Positions 1-12,820 of a stretch of 64,000 bases of DNA are shown here, piece after piece. Both the position numbers and the translations under genes were made by a program. The DNA is from Camelus ferus (taxonomy: Eukaryota). Positions within the stretch are counted from its first letter, which is position 1, and each line of letters opens with the position of its first letter. The notes beneath the pieces are model-generated. The model ran no database searches. It was not told the origin of the DNA and was given only the letters and a program-made list of their open reading frames with translations. Where the stretch lies: contig NC_045700.1 in the NCBI RefSeq assembly GCF_009834535.1, positions 82,956,001-83,020,000 of the forward strand, read 5' to 3'.

Positions 1-379
1 AAACAAAAACTGAGCTGACTTGATTTAAACAGATTCCTAGAAGTAAATGAGAGAGGGGAAAAAAATGGTGCCTTCTTTACTCCTCCCAGGGAGAGAATGT
101 CCTAGCTTAATGTAACATAGTTATGCAACTCTCAGGTAGTCAGTCTGGCAATCCCATTTTCCACGGTTTGCAGAAGGCTCAAAACAAGAGAAAAGCAGAC
201 ACTTTTCAATCATATAAAAAGACAAATCAGATACAATTACGAAAAGTTCTCTAAATAGCATGAAAAGTTCTAAGTTACAGACATTGGCTATTTAATTTCA
301 ATGTCCACTGCAACAAAATATTTACAGCTTCTTGGGTTTCACTGTAATGGCATTTGCTCTGATTGTAAAAAAAATCCTA

Positions 380-550
<171 letters not shown>

Positions 551-1535
551 CTACAATAGGAGAGGATAAACTTAAGGAATGGGGCAAAATCAATCCGGAA
601 CTTACTCCAGGTACAATATTAAAGGAGTCCACTCAGAGGCTGAAGTGAAGGGAGACTGATAAACTCTAAATCCTGTATTCACTTCAGTGTTAGAAGTACT
701 ATTGTTACTGCTCAGATGGTGACAGAAGTGTGGCGCTCAGGAATGATTACTGATACGGACCACATCCAGATCTTCACCCATAATCTTTTTTGAAAAGATC
801 TTTAGATGATGATTGGTGGCTTTCTTCACTCCACAGCCAGCAATTTAAAAGAAATAACTACTATAAGAAGGCCCCTTTTCTTTTTCTATTTTCTGTCTAG
901 AAAATGTCAAAAACGTTATAATCTGGTTTCAATGAAAAAAAAAAAAACTGTCCCTTTTCTGCTTTTAATAAGGAAGCCAATAAGTGATTATCTTTAAAAA
1001 GAAAGAGAAGACAATTGTTCATTTTCTAGACAATCTTGAATGCAAATAGCTCTCTTCAGAATTCTGTCCTTTAAGAGACAAGTTATTTGTAAAAATAATG
1101 TCTTTCTATAACTTTAAGAGGATGAAGAATGCAATTTTCTTTCCCTGATTTTCTATTAAAAGTCATCAAAATCCACACCTTGATTCTGAATAGCAGTGAT
1201 CTACTTAAACAGATCATTATTTCAACTTTTATGAGTCATTCTCTGATAGAAGGTTTAGAGATTAGACCTGCTTAGCTGTCATGGTTTTCATTACTAGAAG
1301 GAAAAGAATTAGCTATGTAGAAACATAGTGCACTTTTTTTTCTATTTTTTTAAGATCAGCAACTTAATACATAGAATTCCTAATTGGATTTGATTGGGAA
1401 GGAAAATGCATTTGGTTTTTGAGCTTCAGTGGTATTCCAGGATTTATAACTAGCAAAAAACTAAAGAGAAAAAGAAAGGAAAGAAGAAGGGAGGGAAGGA
1501 GGCAGGGAGGAAAACAAGGAAAAGAACTTTGCTTA

Positions 1536-1697
<162 letters not shown>

Positions 1698-2689
1698 TTA
1701 CTTTAGGGGGAAAAAAATTGGTGGTATCAATCAGTGATGTCATCTTATTTTAGAAAACTGTGAAGAATTGTCTTGTCTTCTTCCAGATCCCCATTTTCCT
1801 TTCGCCTGGTACAAAAGCATACCATTTTATGGTCCTCTCCATTTTTTTTTTTTTTGTATATGGTTTGTCTTAGAAAGACGATCTCTGAAGTCAAGGCCTG
1901 GTAAGTCCACGTGCAGTACCACGGCACCTGGAGCCATTCCTTAGAAAGGCTGGAGGCATAGAGAATGCCCTCTGCTTGTTTAGTTTTTGCTAGCCATGAG
2001 AGCCTTGGGACAATCTCCCTTTAAGCTCAGAGAAACTGCATCTCATCCAACCTCCAAGGTACTATGAGTGTCCTCTTGCTGGTCTTTAACTTTATACAAG
2101 CAAGAGACTTTGCAAGTCTTCCAAGGATACTGTAGAGAATGCCGGAAGGCCAACAACTTACATACTTCCCAAATAAATAAAAGTATTGCTTAATTACAGT
2201 AAGAATTTCCAGTTTGAACACAACCAGGCAAATAACAACACAAATAAAGCCATGATGGTCTCTCTGGACATAGATGGCATTTTGCAATTGTTTTATAAGA
2301 GCTGAAATATTGCTTTTGCTTGCTGAGTAGCAAACCTTCCTCTTTCCACTGAGAAAGACACAAAAGTCGTCCTCCGCTGGGTGTATTCTCAGGGGTGGGG
2401 AGGAGAAGCGTTATCTGAGATTTATAAAACCCAGCTGCTTCTCCGCTGTGGTGGTCACACCTCCAGCCAGCTGTTATCCAGCTCTGCTGTGACTGACAAT
2501 GGTACAGATGTGCTGTCTCTGGGGAGAAGAGGGAGCATTCATGAAATCTGTCATCTTACCTATCAAAGCCGGTTGGCAGAACCAGAGATTAGAGGGTCTT
2601 CCTAAATTGAACATAGAGTCTTATTTGTTTGCAAACTGTGAATATGTATTTAAAGAAATCTATGTATTTATTTATTACTATTATTTTGT

Positions 2690-2910
2690 TGTGATTGCTT
2701 TATTGTAAAATATATAGAACATAAAGTTTACCATTTTAACCATCTTTAAAGTGTACAGTTCAGTGGCGTTAAACAGATTCACATTGTTGTGTAAACCATT
2801 GCTGTGGTCCGTCTCCAGAACGTTTTCATCTTCCCAACTGAAAATCTGTACACATTAAATAATAACTTCCCATTTCTCCTTTCCCGGGCCCCTGGAAACC
2901 AGCATCCTAC
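2690..2910 (-). mobile_element. Old L1 3'-end fragment (L1MB-like)
   Basis: cataaagtttaccattttaaccatctttaaagtgtacagttcagtggcgttaa...ccagaacgttttcatcttcccaactgaaa matches the recalled L1M 3' consensus. Confidence 0.8.
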
Positions 2911-3010
2911 TTTTTATATAGTATTATTTTTTAACGGTGGTACTGGGGATTGAACCCAGGACCTCGTGCATGCTAAGCAGGTGCTCTACCACTGAGCTAT
3001 ACTCCCACCC
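2911..3010 (-). mobile_element. tRNA-Ala-derived SINE (vic-1-like), copy 1
   Basis: Reverse complement is gggtgggagtatagctcagtggtagagcacctgcttagcatgcacgaggtcctgggttcaatccccagtacc plus an A-rich tail, with Pol III A and B boxes. Abuts an old L1 fragment. Confidence 0.88.
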
Positions 3011-3606
3011 TCTTCAAGTTGTGAATATATATTTTATAGTCACCGAGGAACAACCACTGTTGGGTCGTCCTCCTGCTCTTCCCCAACACACACATACACA
3101 CACACCTGCCAAACCCTAACTCAGAGGACAAAAAAGAAAGTAAAATTGTCGCTCAAAACGGAATGGGGCTAGCTTCAAACCTGCTTGACCCCATCTGACA
3201 GGTATACTGGAGGCAAGGGACGCAAACCAGTCACACAGGGAAATCTTGCTGAAGATTCTGCAGCAGAGAGCACCTCTTGGAGGTGGCCATCTGGCAGCCC
3301 GGCACCTCCGTTAGGGAGCCTGGAGATGATAACACACACTCTCTCTCCCCTCTGTTTCTCTCTTTCTCTCCTTTTCCTTCCACCCCCACCCCAAAGCTAT
3401 TCCAGATTGGGTCTCAGGCATAAACACGAATGAAAGATACAGGGGATACACATGTTCTCCATCAACGGCAACCCCAAGGTTAGTAATACCAAACTGCATG
3501 AACAGGGCTGCATGCAGCAAACCAATGGAAGCCACTGAACATCTGAACAAAATGAAAACTGGAAATGTGCTCATTAGCTGTATTAGGGCTCCCCTCCCCC
3601 AATACT

Positions 3607-3637
3607 TGTGCACGCGTGTGCACGCGCACACACACAC
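3607..3637. repeat. Alternating purine/pyrimidine tract (tgtgcacgcg)x2 plus (ca)n
   Basis: Read directly. Confidence 0.9.
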
Positions 3638-5145
3638 TTTCTCTCCTCTCTTTCTTTACTGGTTGACACAGAGCCACTGTCCAGCAGAAAGCAAGGAGTG
3701 ACCTTCCTAAATACAGAGGCAGTGAGGAGGCTAGGAAAGTTGCCTGCCTGTGAAAAGCCATTTCACTCCAGGTAATACATACATTGCCTAACGGAGCACT
3801 TTAGCATCCACTCCATAAAAAAAGGGGCTGTTTCAACGCTGATGTTCAGGACGGGGAAATGAAATAGAAAAGCGAGGCAGTTCGAAAAAAGCAAGAGAGA
3901 GGAAAAATCATAAAGTTAGAAAATGAACTTTCCCTCAGAAATGTTCTGGGTCAGATTCTGATAATCGACAGATTCCTCAGGAAAGAACTGCCTGGCTGCC
4001 CTTGGAGGGCACCAATTAACTAAGATGGTTTCTCTCTGGCTGGGTTATCACTAAACTGCTGCGGGTGGTAAATGAACCTGATTTCCATTTCAGGAGTTGG
4101 AGCCGCAGTGTTCCCGGGGCCCATTCAAAGGGAGTATGAGCTCCACTGACGTGCTCGCAAGATCTCAGGCAGGCAGTTAACAATATAATCGTGTTAACTA
4201 ACAGTATTTCTAATGCTACCCTACTTGGAAAATGCACAGGCACACACATCAAAATAAACCAACTGAACGGACGCTGACTCAGCTGTCATGAAGACGGAGG
4301 GAAATGAGATTAAAGGGGAAAGGAGAATAAATAGCTCTAATTTACAACAAGTCTTAGGTCGTGTGGCTGTGAAGTCTGAATTCTTTCGGAGCAGCTGTTT
4401 TCCGGAAGAGCACTTTTATCAGGTCACAGTGACAAAAGCAACCCGTGACCAAGCGGGACTGAGAATCAGACCTACCATAGGCAGTGTCCCTCCCCCTGGA
4501 GGAAGAGCTTCTCAGCTCCTCCTGTGAGAACCAGCATTTTGGGAGAAGCTGGGCTTTGCCACACTGCCACTTGGGAGAGAAGAGGCCACTTGGATGTCCT
4601 CCACATTATAAGCCACATGGGGGTTCTGTCCTCGCCTTTCCTACCCTGGGTCCAGTACAGGCTCCAACTCTCCATCTGGAAGCCATCACCCCGCCTGTGG
4701 CTCGTTTCCCAGGAGGAGGCACTTGGCAATGGCGTTTCTCCATCATTTCTCTACCCCAGAGGTCCCCAGCATCCGTCTTCTCATGCCACTCATGTAATTG
4801 CTGCACATCCCTCCGCCACGTGGACTATGATTTAAGTAATATTTTTCTTAAATCGGCACACTTTTGTTTTTGAAACCACCCCCCCCATTACTGTTATCAC
4901 TTGCAATTACTGGCCAGTAACCATAAAAAGGAAAAGAATATGGAAATAAAAAATATGTAATAATATTGTCATTAATAAAATGTAAAAAATAATATGTAAA
5001 TAGTCTTGCCTCTCCATGCTTTGCCAAAAAAAAAGAGCTTAGCCAGTGTTTGAGAAGAAGTAAGGACTCTCCTGATATCAACTTAAGATTCTGACCTTGG
5101 TGATATCAAAAGAACTAACAGGGAAGTGAAAAGGAACTAACTTTC

Positions 5146-5269
5146 TTTTGGGGGGGGGGGGTCATTAGGTTTTTATTTATTTATCTTTGATGTAGGTACT
5201 GGGGATTGAATCCAGGACCTTGTGCAGGCTAGGCACACGCCCTACCACTAAGCTACACCCTCCCCTCCT
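5146..5269 (-). mobile_element. vic-1-like SINE copy 2 with 14-bp target-site duplication
   Basis: tRNA-like head and linker. TSD aggaactaactttc at 5132-5145 and 5270-5283. Confidence 0.92.
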
Positions 5270-5419
5270 AGGAACTAACTTTCATGCAGGGGAATTCAGG
5301 ATTTATTATGTTGTGTTCCCTTTGAGTCTTCCCTAAAACCATCTCTAATATCACCATTCGTATGTTTCCACACACTGGTCAAGACTGCCAAACCCTCCTC
5401 CATTTAGAAGTGTTTTGGG

Positions 5420-5564
5420 GGTGAGGGTATAGCTCAAGTGGTAGAGCACATGCTTAGCATGCACAAGGTCCTGGGTTCAATCCCCAGTACCTCCATCGAA
5501 AAACTAAATGAATAAACCTAATTACCTCCCCTTGCAAAAAATAAAAATTAAAAATTAAAAAAAA
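5420..5564 (+). mobile_element. vic-1-like SINE copy 3, full length, with 12-bp TSD
   Basis: tagctcaagtggtagag (A box), gggttcaatccc (B box), linker aataaacctaattacctcccc, A-rich tail. TSD aagtgttttggg at 5408-5419 and 5565-5576. Confidence 0.94.
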
Positions 5565-5739
5565 AAGTGTTTTGGGTCCTGAGTCCTGACACCTCAAGAC
5601 ACCTCAGGGCTCTGCCCTTTGCTAACAGAACTAGAAGAGGAGATAATAGGCTAATAAAATAACAGATTGAACACTCATCCCCAGTAGATGGTTTAATAGG
5701 AGCTTTGACAAATCAGTGCCTTGGTTCAGAAGAAGGCTT

Positions 5740-6346
5740 NNNNNNNNNNNNNNNNNNNNNNNNNNNNNNNNNNNNNNNNNNNNNNNNNNNNNNNNNNNNN
5801 NNNNNNNNNNNNNNNNNNNNNNNNNNNNNNNNNNNNNNNNNNNNNNNNNNNNNNNNNNNNNNNNNNNNNNNNNNNNNNNNNNNNNNNNNNNNNNNNNNNN
5901 NNNNNNNNNNNNNNNNNNNGGAGACAGTCATTCTAAGTGGAGTAAGCCAAAAAGAGAAAGAAAAATACCATTTGATATCATTCATATGTGGAATCTAAAA
6001 AAAGAAGAAAAAAAGACACAAATGAACTTATTTACAAAACAGAAACAGACTCACAGACATAGAAAACAAACTTATGGTTACCGGAGGGAAAGGGGGTGAG
6101 AAGGAATAAACTGGGAGTTTGAGATTTGCAGATACTAACTAATATATATAAAGTAGATAAACAACAAGTTTATACTGTACAGCACAGGGAACTATATTCA
6201 ATATCTTGTGGTAACCTATAATGAAAAAGAATACAAAAAGGAATATATGTTTATGTTTGTATGACTGAAACATCACGCTGTACACCAGAAAGTGACACAA
6301 CATTGTAAACTGGCTATACTTCAGCTGAAAAAAAAAAAAGGAAAAA
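5740..6346 (+). mobile_element. Young 5'-truncated LINE-1 (end of ORF2 plus 3' UTR, artiodactyl/camelid type)
   Basis: ETVILSGVSQKEKEKYH resembles the L1 ORF2 C-terminus. 3' UTR motif tacagcacagggaactatattcaatatcttg, then poly(A). TSD agaaggctt at 5731-5739 and 6347-6355. First 180 bp are N. Confidence 0.92.
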
Positions 6347-8586
6347 AGAAGGCTTCTAATCATACAGAGAATTTTAATCAACATAATAAAACCAAGTTAA
6401 AAAAAAGGTCCTGCTTGCCCTGAGTGCTCTGATTTATAGCCCCAAACTTTATTGAGACTTAGCTCTTCCTCAGTACTGACTCATCCACCAAGCACATACT
6501 TAATGAGCACCAATGAAACAATGACAAAGATGGAAAAGGGCAAACAAAGCTAAATTAAATACAATCTTTGGTATCCAATGACGTGCCATCTTATCCTTTG
6601 GCCTCTTAACTGAAAAAAAAGGTGGAGAATTTTTTAATAATCTTACAGAGAAGACACTCTTTAATGTTAACCCAGAGAACCCATTTTCTAGAGCTCAAGA
6701 AACAGCTCCTGCAAACCTTCTTATCCGAGTTCTCTGGTGGCCACAGGGAGAAGGAAGCGGTGGGCGCTTCCTCACGACACCATGTCTTCAGACAAGCAAT
6801 ACACCTGCTGAGGAGTGAGAGGAGAAGCTGGGAGAAAGGGGAGGGTTGGTGGAAGTGAGCTCATTAAAAGAAAAAGGTACACTTTGGACTGAAAGGCATT
6901 CTGCCCACAGACTTCCTTCCTAAAAGAGATGTTTGCTTTAGGGGAAGTTTTGTGCCCCTGGACATAAGCAGGTTTCCTTTAATGGTTAGAATTTTGACAT
7001 AGCACACAACCAGAAGAGCTGGTAGTGCTGGTCGACAGAGAGATGGTTAGGGAACGCCAGTGGATGGATGTAAAAATCATACAGGCAAGAAGTACTAAAG
7101 AGTAGATTTTTTAAAAGAACGTTTTGTGATTTTATTCAATTAAGCCCTGAATTTTCAGATTTTGGAAGCAGAATTTTCAATGACTGAAGGATGTCCATTT
7201 TCCTGCCCTGAGTGCCAGTATCTAAAACTATCTTTTCCTTATTACTTTCAAGGGGATTTCAGCAGTTTTTAATCCAAAATATGGCCTCCGTTTCTTCTCC
7301 TTTTTACTTACAAATCATGCTGACATATCCATTCAACCATTGTTCAATCATTCTACAAATATCCTTTAAGCCTTTGCTTGAGGAACTGAGCAATCGAGAG
7401 CTAAAACTTAAACAACACTTGATTAAACAGACGGGAACAGGGATAAGAAACCAGAGTGCGGAGGGTGCCTTGTGGGTTACAGAAGCAACCATCAAAGGAT
7501 CTGCAGTAAGGCTGGGGAAGTTTGATCGAGATTTATTTGTTGGGCAAACAAAACGTAGAAAGGGGAAAAGACGGCCAAGCAGAGCTGCACTGCTACAGAT
7601 ATGACTGGAATGTTCAGTAAACCAGTAGCCCCTCGGTTCTGCGGGGCAGAGGGCTCACCTACGACGTGTGAAATGAGGTAAAGAAGAAAAAGCTTCCTGA
7701 GCCACGTGAAGTATGCTTATTTTGATTTGGTGCGAAAAAAAAATCAGTGAATTTAAAAAGGATTTTGGATAACATTCCAGGTTTTTCAAATTTACTAGCT
7801 GCCACCTTGGACAAGTCACACAAATGTTCTCAGTTCCCCTACTGGTAAAACACCTTCCTTCCAGATACAAGCATGTACGGTATTAGAACGAACACCCTAC
7901 AAGCACAAGGCTTGTCTCTATATGATCGCTGTTTAAGATCTTGTAGGCAAACAGTGGTGCTCAATAAATTTATCAAATGAATGAGTGAACTACATGTTGA
8001 AACAGATCTAAAAAACAAAAACAAAAACCAAAAAACCCTTTTTAGCTGGTGAAATGTTTTCTAAGTTTAAAGTACCAGAAGTAAGTCACCCCTAAAACAC
8101 CTGCACCTGTTTCAGATGACCTTTTGTGGGTTTGGTTTTGCTATTTGCGTTAACTAAGATATTGACAACTAGGAGTGAAGCAAATGACAGTTCTAATTCT
8201 AAATGGAGTCTCTGTTGCCTAAGAGGTTTGTGACACTTAGGAACTTTTTTCAAAGACACAGGCCGTCAAGTGTTATTCAAAAGAACGTGAACATTACAAC
8301 TAGTCTTTGCTGCACCTGCCTACAGACAGCATTTTGAGGAACTACTCTTTCCTTTGATGGCTGAGTATCTGGAGGGCATATGCAAATAGTCTTCCGGACT
8401 TCCTAACTACCAAGGTGAATAGTGTTCAGACTCCCTTCAAGTTAGAACCCCCTAACAAGACCAGGTTTACTTCCAGAGCCCACTAGTGTACGCAAAGTCA
8501 CTGCCAGGGGAAGCCCTTAGTACCTCATTTAGACCTGATATCCCACCAAAAGGACATCATTGTCCAAGTGTCAGGACAATAGAGTA

Positions 8587-8603
8587 GAGCGCCCTCTGCA
8601 GGC
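8587..8603 (-). promoter_or_regulatory. Candidate CTCF binding site
   Basis: Minus strand gCCTGCAGAGGGCGCtc fits the core CC[AT][CG][CT]AG[AG]GGGC[AG]C at every position. Motif match only; occupancy not shown. Confidence 0.55.
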
Positions 8604-10839
8604 AGGGTAGAGGTGGCAAGATTAAGCACGTGGAACAGACCGTCTATCCAGGCACCCACTGGAAACAAGTTTATGCTAGGAAAATAACACTTTTTAAAGA
8701 TGAAGCAAAAACCCAAGAGGATAAAAGGAAACTTTCAACGAAGAGTGGAAGCTGAATGATCTGAGCTTTCCACTAGAAAGGGAAGATAAATTCCTGCCCC
8801 CTCAAATAATTCTGTATTCAAACTGCCACATACCCCTGAGAAACTGGCAATGCTCTTCTACGCAGAATCCACACTGACTGTGATTACATTTGGTGTGAGA
8901 GCAGACCACAGCACATCCAGGCAGCACGGGTGGGTTTTCTCTGTGTGTGTGTTTTTGATACACATAAGCGGCACAGATGTGGGGCTCCATCACGACCCTC
9001 TAACAGTGGTGTGTCTCGCAATGAAGAATTACAGGAGGTGCTTTGATGTCAAACAGAGGTGCCTCCTTTTAGGAAAATGGTAAATTTAACTTGCTTTGGT
9101 TCAAAGCTCAGCAGTCCTCCCCAGTCTCCCACTGATGTGAATGCTACAATTTTCTTTTATTCACTTCCTCAATGACTTGCCATCAAACACCTACAAAATC
9201 ATTTTACTGCAGCAGTTTGGTCCTTGTGACACCCAAATAGGATGGAGAAGAGAAAAAGAAACACAGAGAAAAGGAGGAAGGAGGCACAACAGTCCTTCAC
9301 TTGTGAGCTGTGAAACTGTTCTCTTGCGTCCGGCACCACAGGCATTGAGTTAAAAACAGTTTGGGGGATCTCGGGTGGGGAAATGGCTGAAACAGACTGA
9401 CTGCATTTCACTACTGGCTCAAATTAGTGGGGAGGAGGGAGTGAGGCAGGAAATAAACAGATACAACAAAAGTCTCCAGCCCGTGGAACAAGGAAGAGTG
9501 AAAACGGCCCTTTATGGACATCAAGAAACCTAAAGTTGGCAATGCCAGTGGTTCCCAACGCCCATCCTTTGGAGGGAAGACGACTTCTTAACCACAGCAG
9601 GGTTTCATTTCCCTCTTCAGGATCTGAATTTAAAGAGATGATGTTTATTTAAGGGGCCTTTCCCTGATAGGAAAAATAAACCCACAGTTTACACATATCT
9701 CTGCTTAAGGCAAATAACATATTTAAATTTAATTACTTGGAGCCTAAGGTGGTTTTTTTTTCGTTCCCTCCTTCTTTCTCATTTTCAATGCCACGGCTCT
9801 GATTTGCTCTTTATCAAAGGTTTGTGCATTTTAAAATGCTGTCAAGCATCAAAATTAAATGCTTCAGAGCACTAATGATATCCTTGTGATTAACGGTTTT
9901 GCCGTGGCAGAGATGCTAAGAACTCAGGTGTTAATATTTATCGCTGTCTTCCACATTCCACCAAAGGGAGGAAAGGATTCCTTCTCCGACCTTTGTACTA
10001 CTTATGGCACCAGACACCATTGGGCAAATTCTATTTTTGACTATTAGATTGCAGTCATTTATAGTACTCAACAGTGTACGGAGTGCTCTCATGGACACAT
10101 GATCCCGTCTGTACTACATTCAAGCAATTAGCTGCGTTAGCCCTCTGCTAGTTCTGAGGTAAAAATCATTAAAAGACTCAGTCCCTGTCCACCCTCCCTG
10201 GAAACATCACTGATGCTGTAAGGACTCAGCTCTGCTCACCACGGCTCGTAGCTGCTGTGTCATTAAGTACCCAAGCACAGTTTCTTACAGTTGAGAAGTG
10301 AAATTGTTTTTCAAGCAAACAGACAGACAAAAGGTATGGACAAACGTGATTCCAAAATTGGTATGGGATCATTTTCCTAGCTAACAAGAGACAAAGAACC
10401 AAGTTCTCAATTAAAGCCTTAAGAAGACTCTGAATTAAATGAAGTCCATTAACATTTAAGTATGAAAATATTAATATTAATTAAGCTTATGCTTAAAATG
10501 TATGAGGGATGCACTTTCCCCCCATAAAATGATCTCCAAGGTCAGTACATACAGAGTCTATTTTAAACAAATACTATAAAATAAAGCAGGGCACGGTAAC
10601 ATTTACCAAAGGATACAACAGACGCATGCTTCTGCTGAGTTTTCTGACTCTGATTTGGGGACACTGATGATGCTTTAACTAAGTGATCCAAAGCAGGACT
10701 TTACAAAGCCCTTAACTCAGACTCTTTACTTATTTCTCCAGAGAAATGGATGGCAGATTATTTTAGACAAATTCTTTATACAAACCTATTACCCACCTTT
10801 TAAATAACGGAATGGGATGCAACTCTTAGCCTTCACGTT

Positions 10840-11250
10840 AAGTGTTTGCAGACGGAAATCGAAGGTGCTGGGATTGACCCCTGTGGCTAACTGTCCGACG
10901 ATGCGAGCTCCCCTTCCACAAACGACTGTCTCTGGAATGGAGCTGCTTAGACAGGACTGCATTTTCTAGATCCATTCCCAGACAGGACGGCTCATGTGAC
11001 TGAGTTTTGGGTCAAGGGAATGAGGGTTAAAGAGGTTACCCTTCTTCTAGACCAGACACAGAACTAGCTCCCTAGGGATCTTTCCTTCTCTCTTATCCAT
11101 ACTCTTGTCAGCTGGATGGTGGTGCCCAGGGCTATCTTGGAAGCCCTCCACCAACTCTCCCCCCATCACCGCCAACTGGATGCCGCTTGAGCAGAAAATC
11201 ATTTTTAATTACATTAACCTGCTAACTGACATTTGGGGTTACAGCAGCTC
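10840..11250 (+). mobile_element. ERVL-MaLR LTR (MLT1-like), degraded
   Basis: ctgcattttctagatcc...ggctcatgtgactgagttttgggtcaagggaatgag...gagcagaaaatcatttttaattacattaacctgct..catttggggtt has the MLT1 layout. Confidence 0.6.
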
Positions 11251-11297
11251 ATGTCGGTAAAGTGCAGCCATTCAGCCATAAAGGCGTATTTTCATAT

Positions 11298-11450
11298 ACA
11301 GACAATCTGAGAATTAATAACAGATTGACTCACGATTTTTTGACTTTACAATGGTGGGAAAACCATGTGCATTCTGTAGAAACCATGCTTCGAATTTTGG
11401 ATTTTGATCTTTTCCCTAATGTACCCAAAGAACTATTCTGTTTTTCATAA
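11298..11450 (+). mobile_element. TcMar-Tigger fragment (MER47/Tigger5-like)
   Basis: gactcacgattttttgactttacaatggtgggaaaaccatgtgcattctgtagaaaccatgcttcgaattttggattttgatcttttccc. Confidence 0.6.
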
Positions 11451-12057
11451 GCGGACAGTCACTGGTTTGTGAGATTCTGGTTGAGAGCTGCCCTGCGGTC
11501 AGCAATGCCAGGGACAGACCATGCAGCTCTGCCGGGACACACGTACGGCCCCAGGTCTTCTAGGTGTGAATGAATTCCGCAGAATCATGGAATGCTGGGC
11601 TCAACAATGCAGCTGAGTTTGTTTGTTTGTTTTTGTTTTTGAGCTTGTTTTAATGTTAACTGGGAAAAGACAGTGGGGTTCTCAAAATGGCTTGCTTGAG
11701 TTTTCTTTTTAGAAAAGAGTTAAGAGTTCATTGCGTAGTTAACAGCTCATGCAGCTGAAGACCTGGACCATGTGAATCAAAGCTAAACAGAGAAGAATGG
11801 GCAAACGAGCCAAAAAGTACTCTTGGCCTCCTCTGCAAGGCGCGTTCACCCACTTAACATCATTTAACCCCTGCAACTCTCTGAAGTCTAGGGTTCCAAT
11901 TATCACCTTTGATTTTATATATGGAATCTCTTGCACCACAAAGAAATGAAATAATTTGACCAAAACTATATAAAATGAGATTTGAAACCCAAGAGTCTGC
12001 TTGACTCAGAAGTATGTGATCATATGATCCTCTCTGTGTGCTGCATGTCTGTAAACG

Positions 12058-12082
12058 CACACACACAGACACACACACACAC
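12058..12082. repeat. Imperfect (CA)n microsatellite
   Basis: cacacacacagacacacacacacac. Confidence 0.88.
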
Positions 12083-12134
12083 TGAGCTGGCATTGATGGG
12101 AGGAATTGCTCTGTGTCAAGCATTGCTTTAAATC

Positions 12135-12315
12135 TGTTGCATGGATTAATTGATATAATCCTCACAAATACCCTTGGGACACAGGTACTATTCTTATTCC
12201 CATTTTATAGATTAGAAAAATAAGGTAAAGAGAGTTTGAACAACTTGCCCCAAGTTATAGCTTATAAGTGATGAATTCAAAAGTCAGGTCTTAGAGCCCA
12301 CATTTTTAACCACTA
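12135..12315 (-). mobile_element. MIR SINE
   Basis: aatcctcacaaatacccttggg...attcccattttatagattagaaaaataaggtaaagagagtttgaacaacttgccccaag is the MIR core, antisense. Confidence 0.78.
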
Positions 12316-12664
12316 ATCTCTAAAAAGCTTCTAGTCTCTCTCTTCCTTTCACTAGCAAAAAATTAGAGATTTGAAGGTTAAATGGCCCCCCTCTTCCACA
12401 GAATCAGCTTCAAAACAGCTGCAAAGCTTAGGTCGGCTTGATGTTAGGTACAGAGCTATCTACACTCATTGCTGGTTGCCAGAAATCCAGAGATAAATTA
12501 GACAAGGTCCCTGTTAATAGAAAAGTGTAAAGCTTTCGGCAATGAATCACCTCATATTAGAACTACCTACAGAGCTAAAAAGAGAATCATTTGAAACTGA
12601 AAAATTCAATTACAAAATAAAATAATAGTATTTGGAGTCAGGGAAGAAGCCGGGGGTGCAAGGC

Positions 12665-12820
12665 AGGCAGGCTTCTGGAAGGTTGGTGACATTCTATACT
12701 TTGATCCTGGTGATGGTCACATAGATGTTCACTTCGCCATAATTCCCTGACGATACATATGAGTTTTGCCTACTTTTCTGTCTGTGCATGCATTTCACAA
12801 TAAAACGTTTAAAAAAAGTT
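12665..12820 (+). mobile_element. Old L1 3'-end fragment (L1MC/ME-like)
   Basis: ggcttctggaaggttggtgacattctatactttgatcctggtgatggtcacatag...catttcacaataaaacgtttaaaaaaag. Confidence 0.72.

Noticed and set aside
4484-4873. 129-aa and other 100-130-aa intronic ORFs (7212-7604, 17760-18128, 42531-42902)
   Set aside because: No recognisable domain, splice context or codon pattern. The number and lengths fit chance in six frames of 64 kb.
5420-5495. tRNA-Ala(AGC)-like cloverleaf sequences (also at 2940-3010, 44735-44805, 46871-46935)
   Set aside because: They are followed by a SINE linker and A-rich tail, most have TSDs, and their stems are mismatched. They are SINE heads, not tRNA genes.
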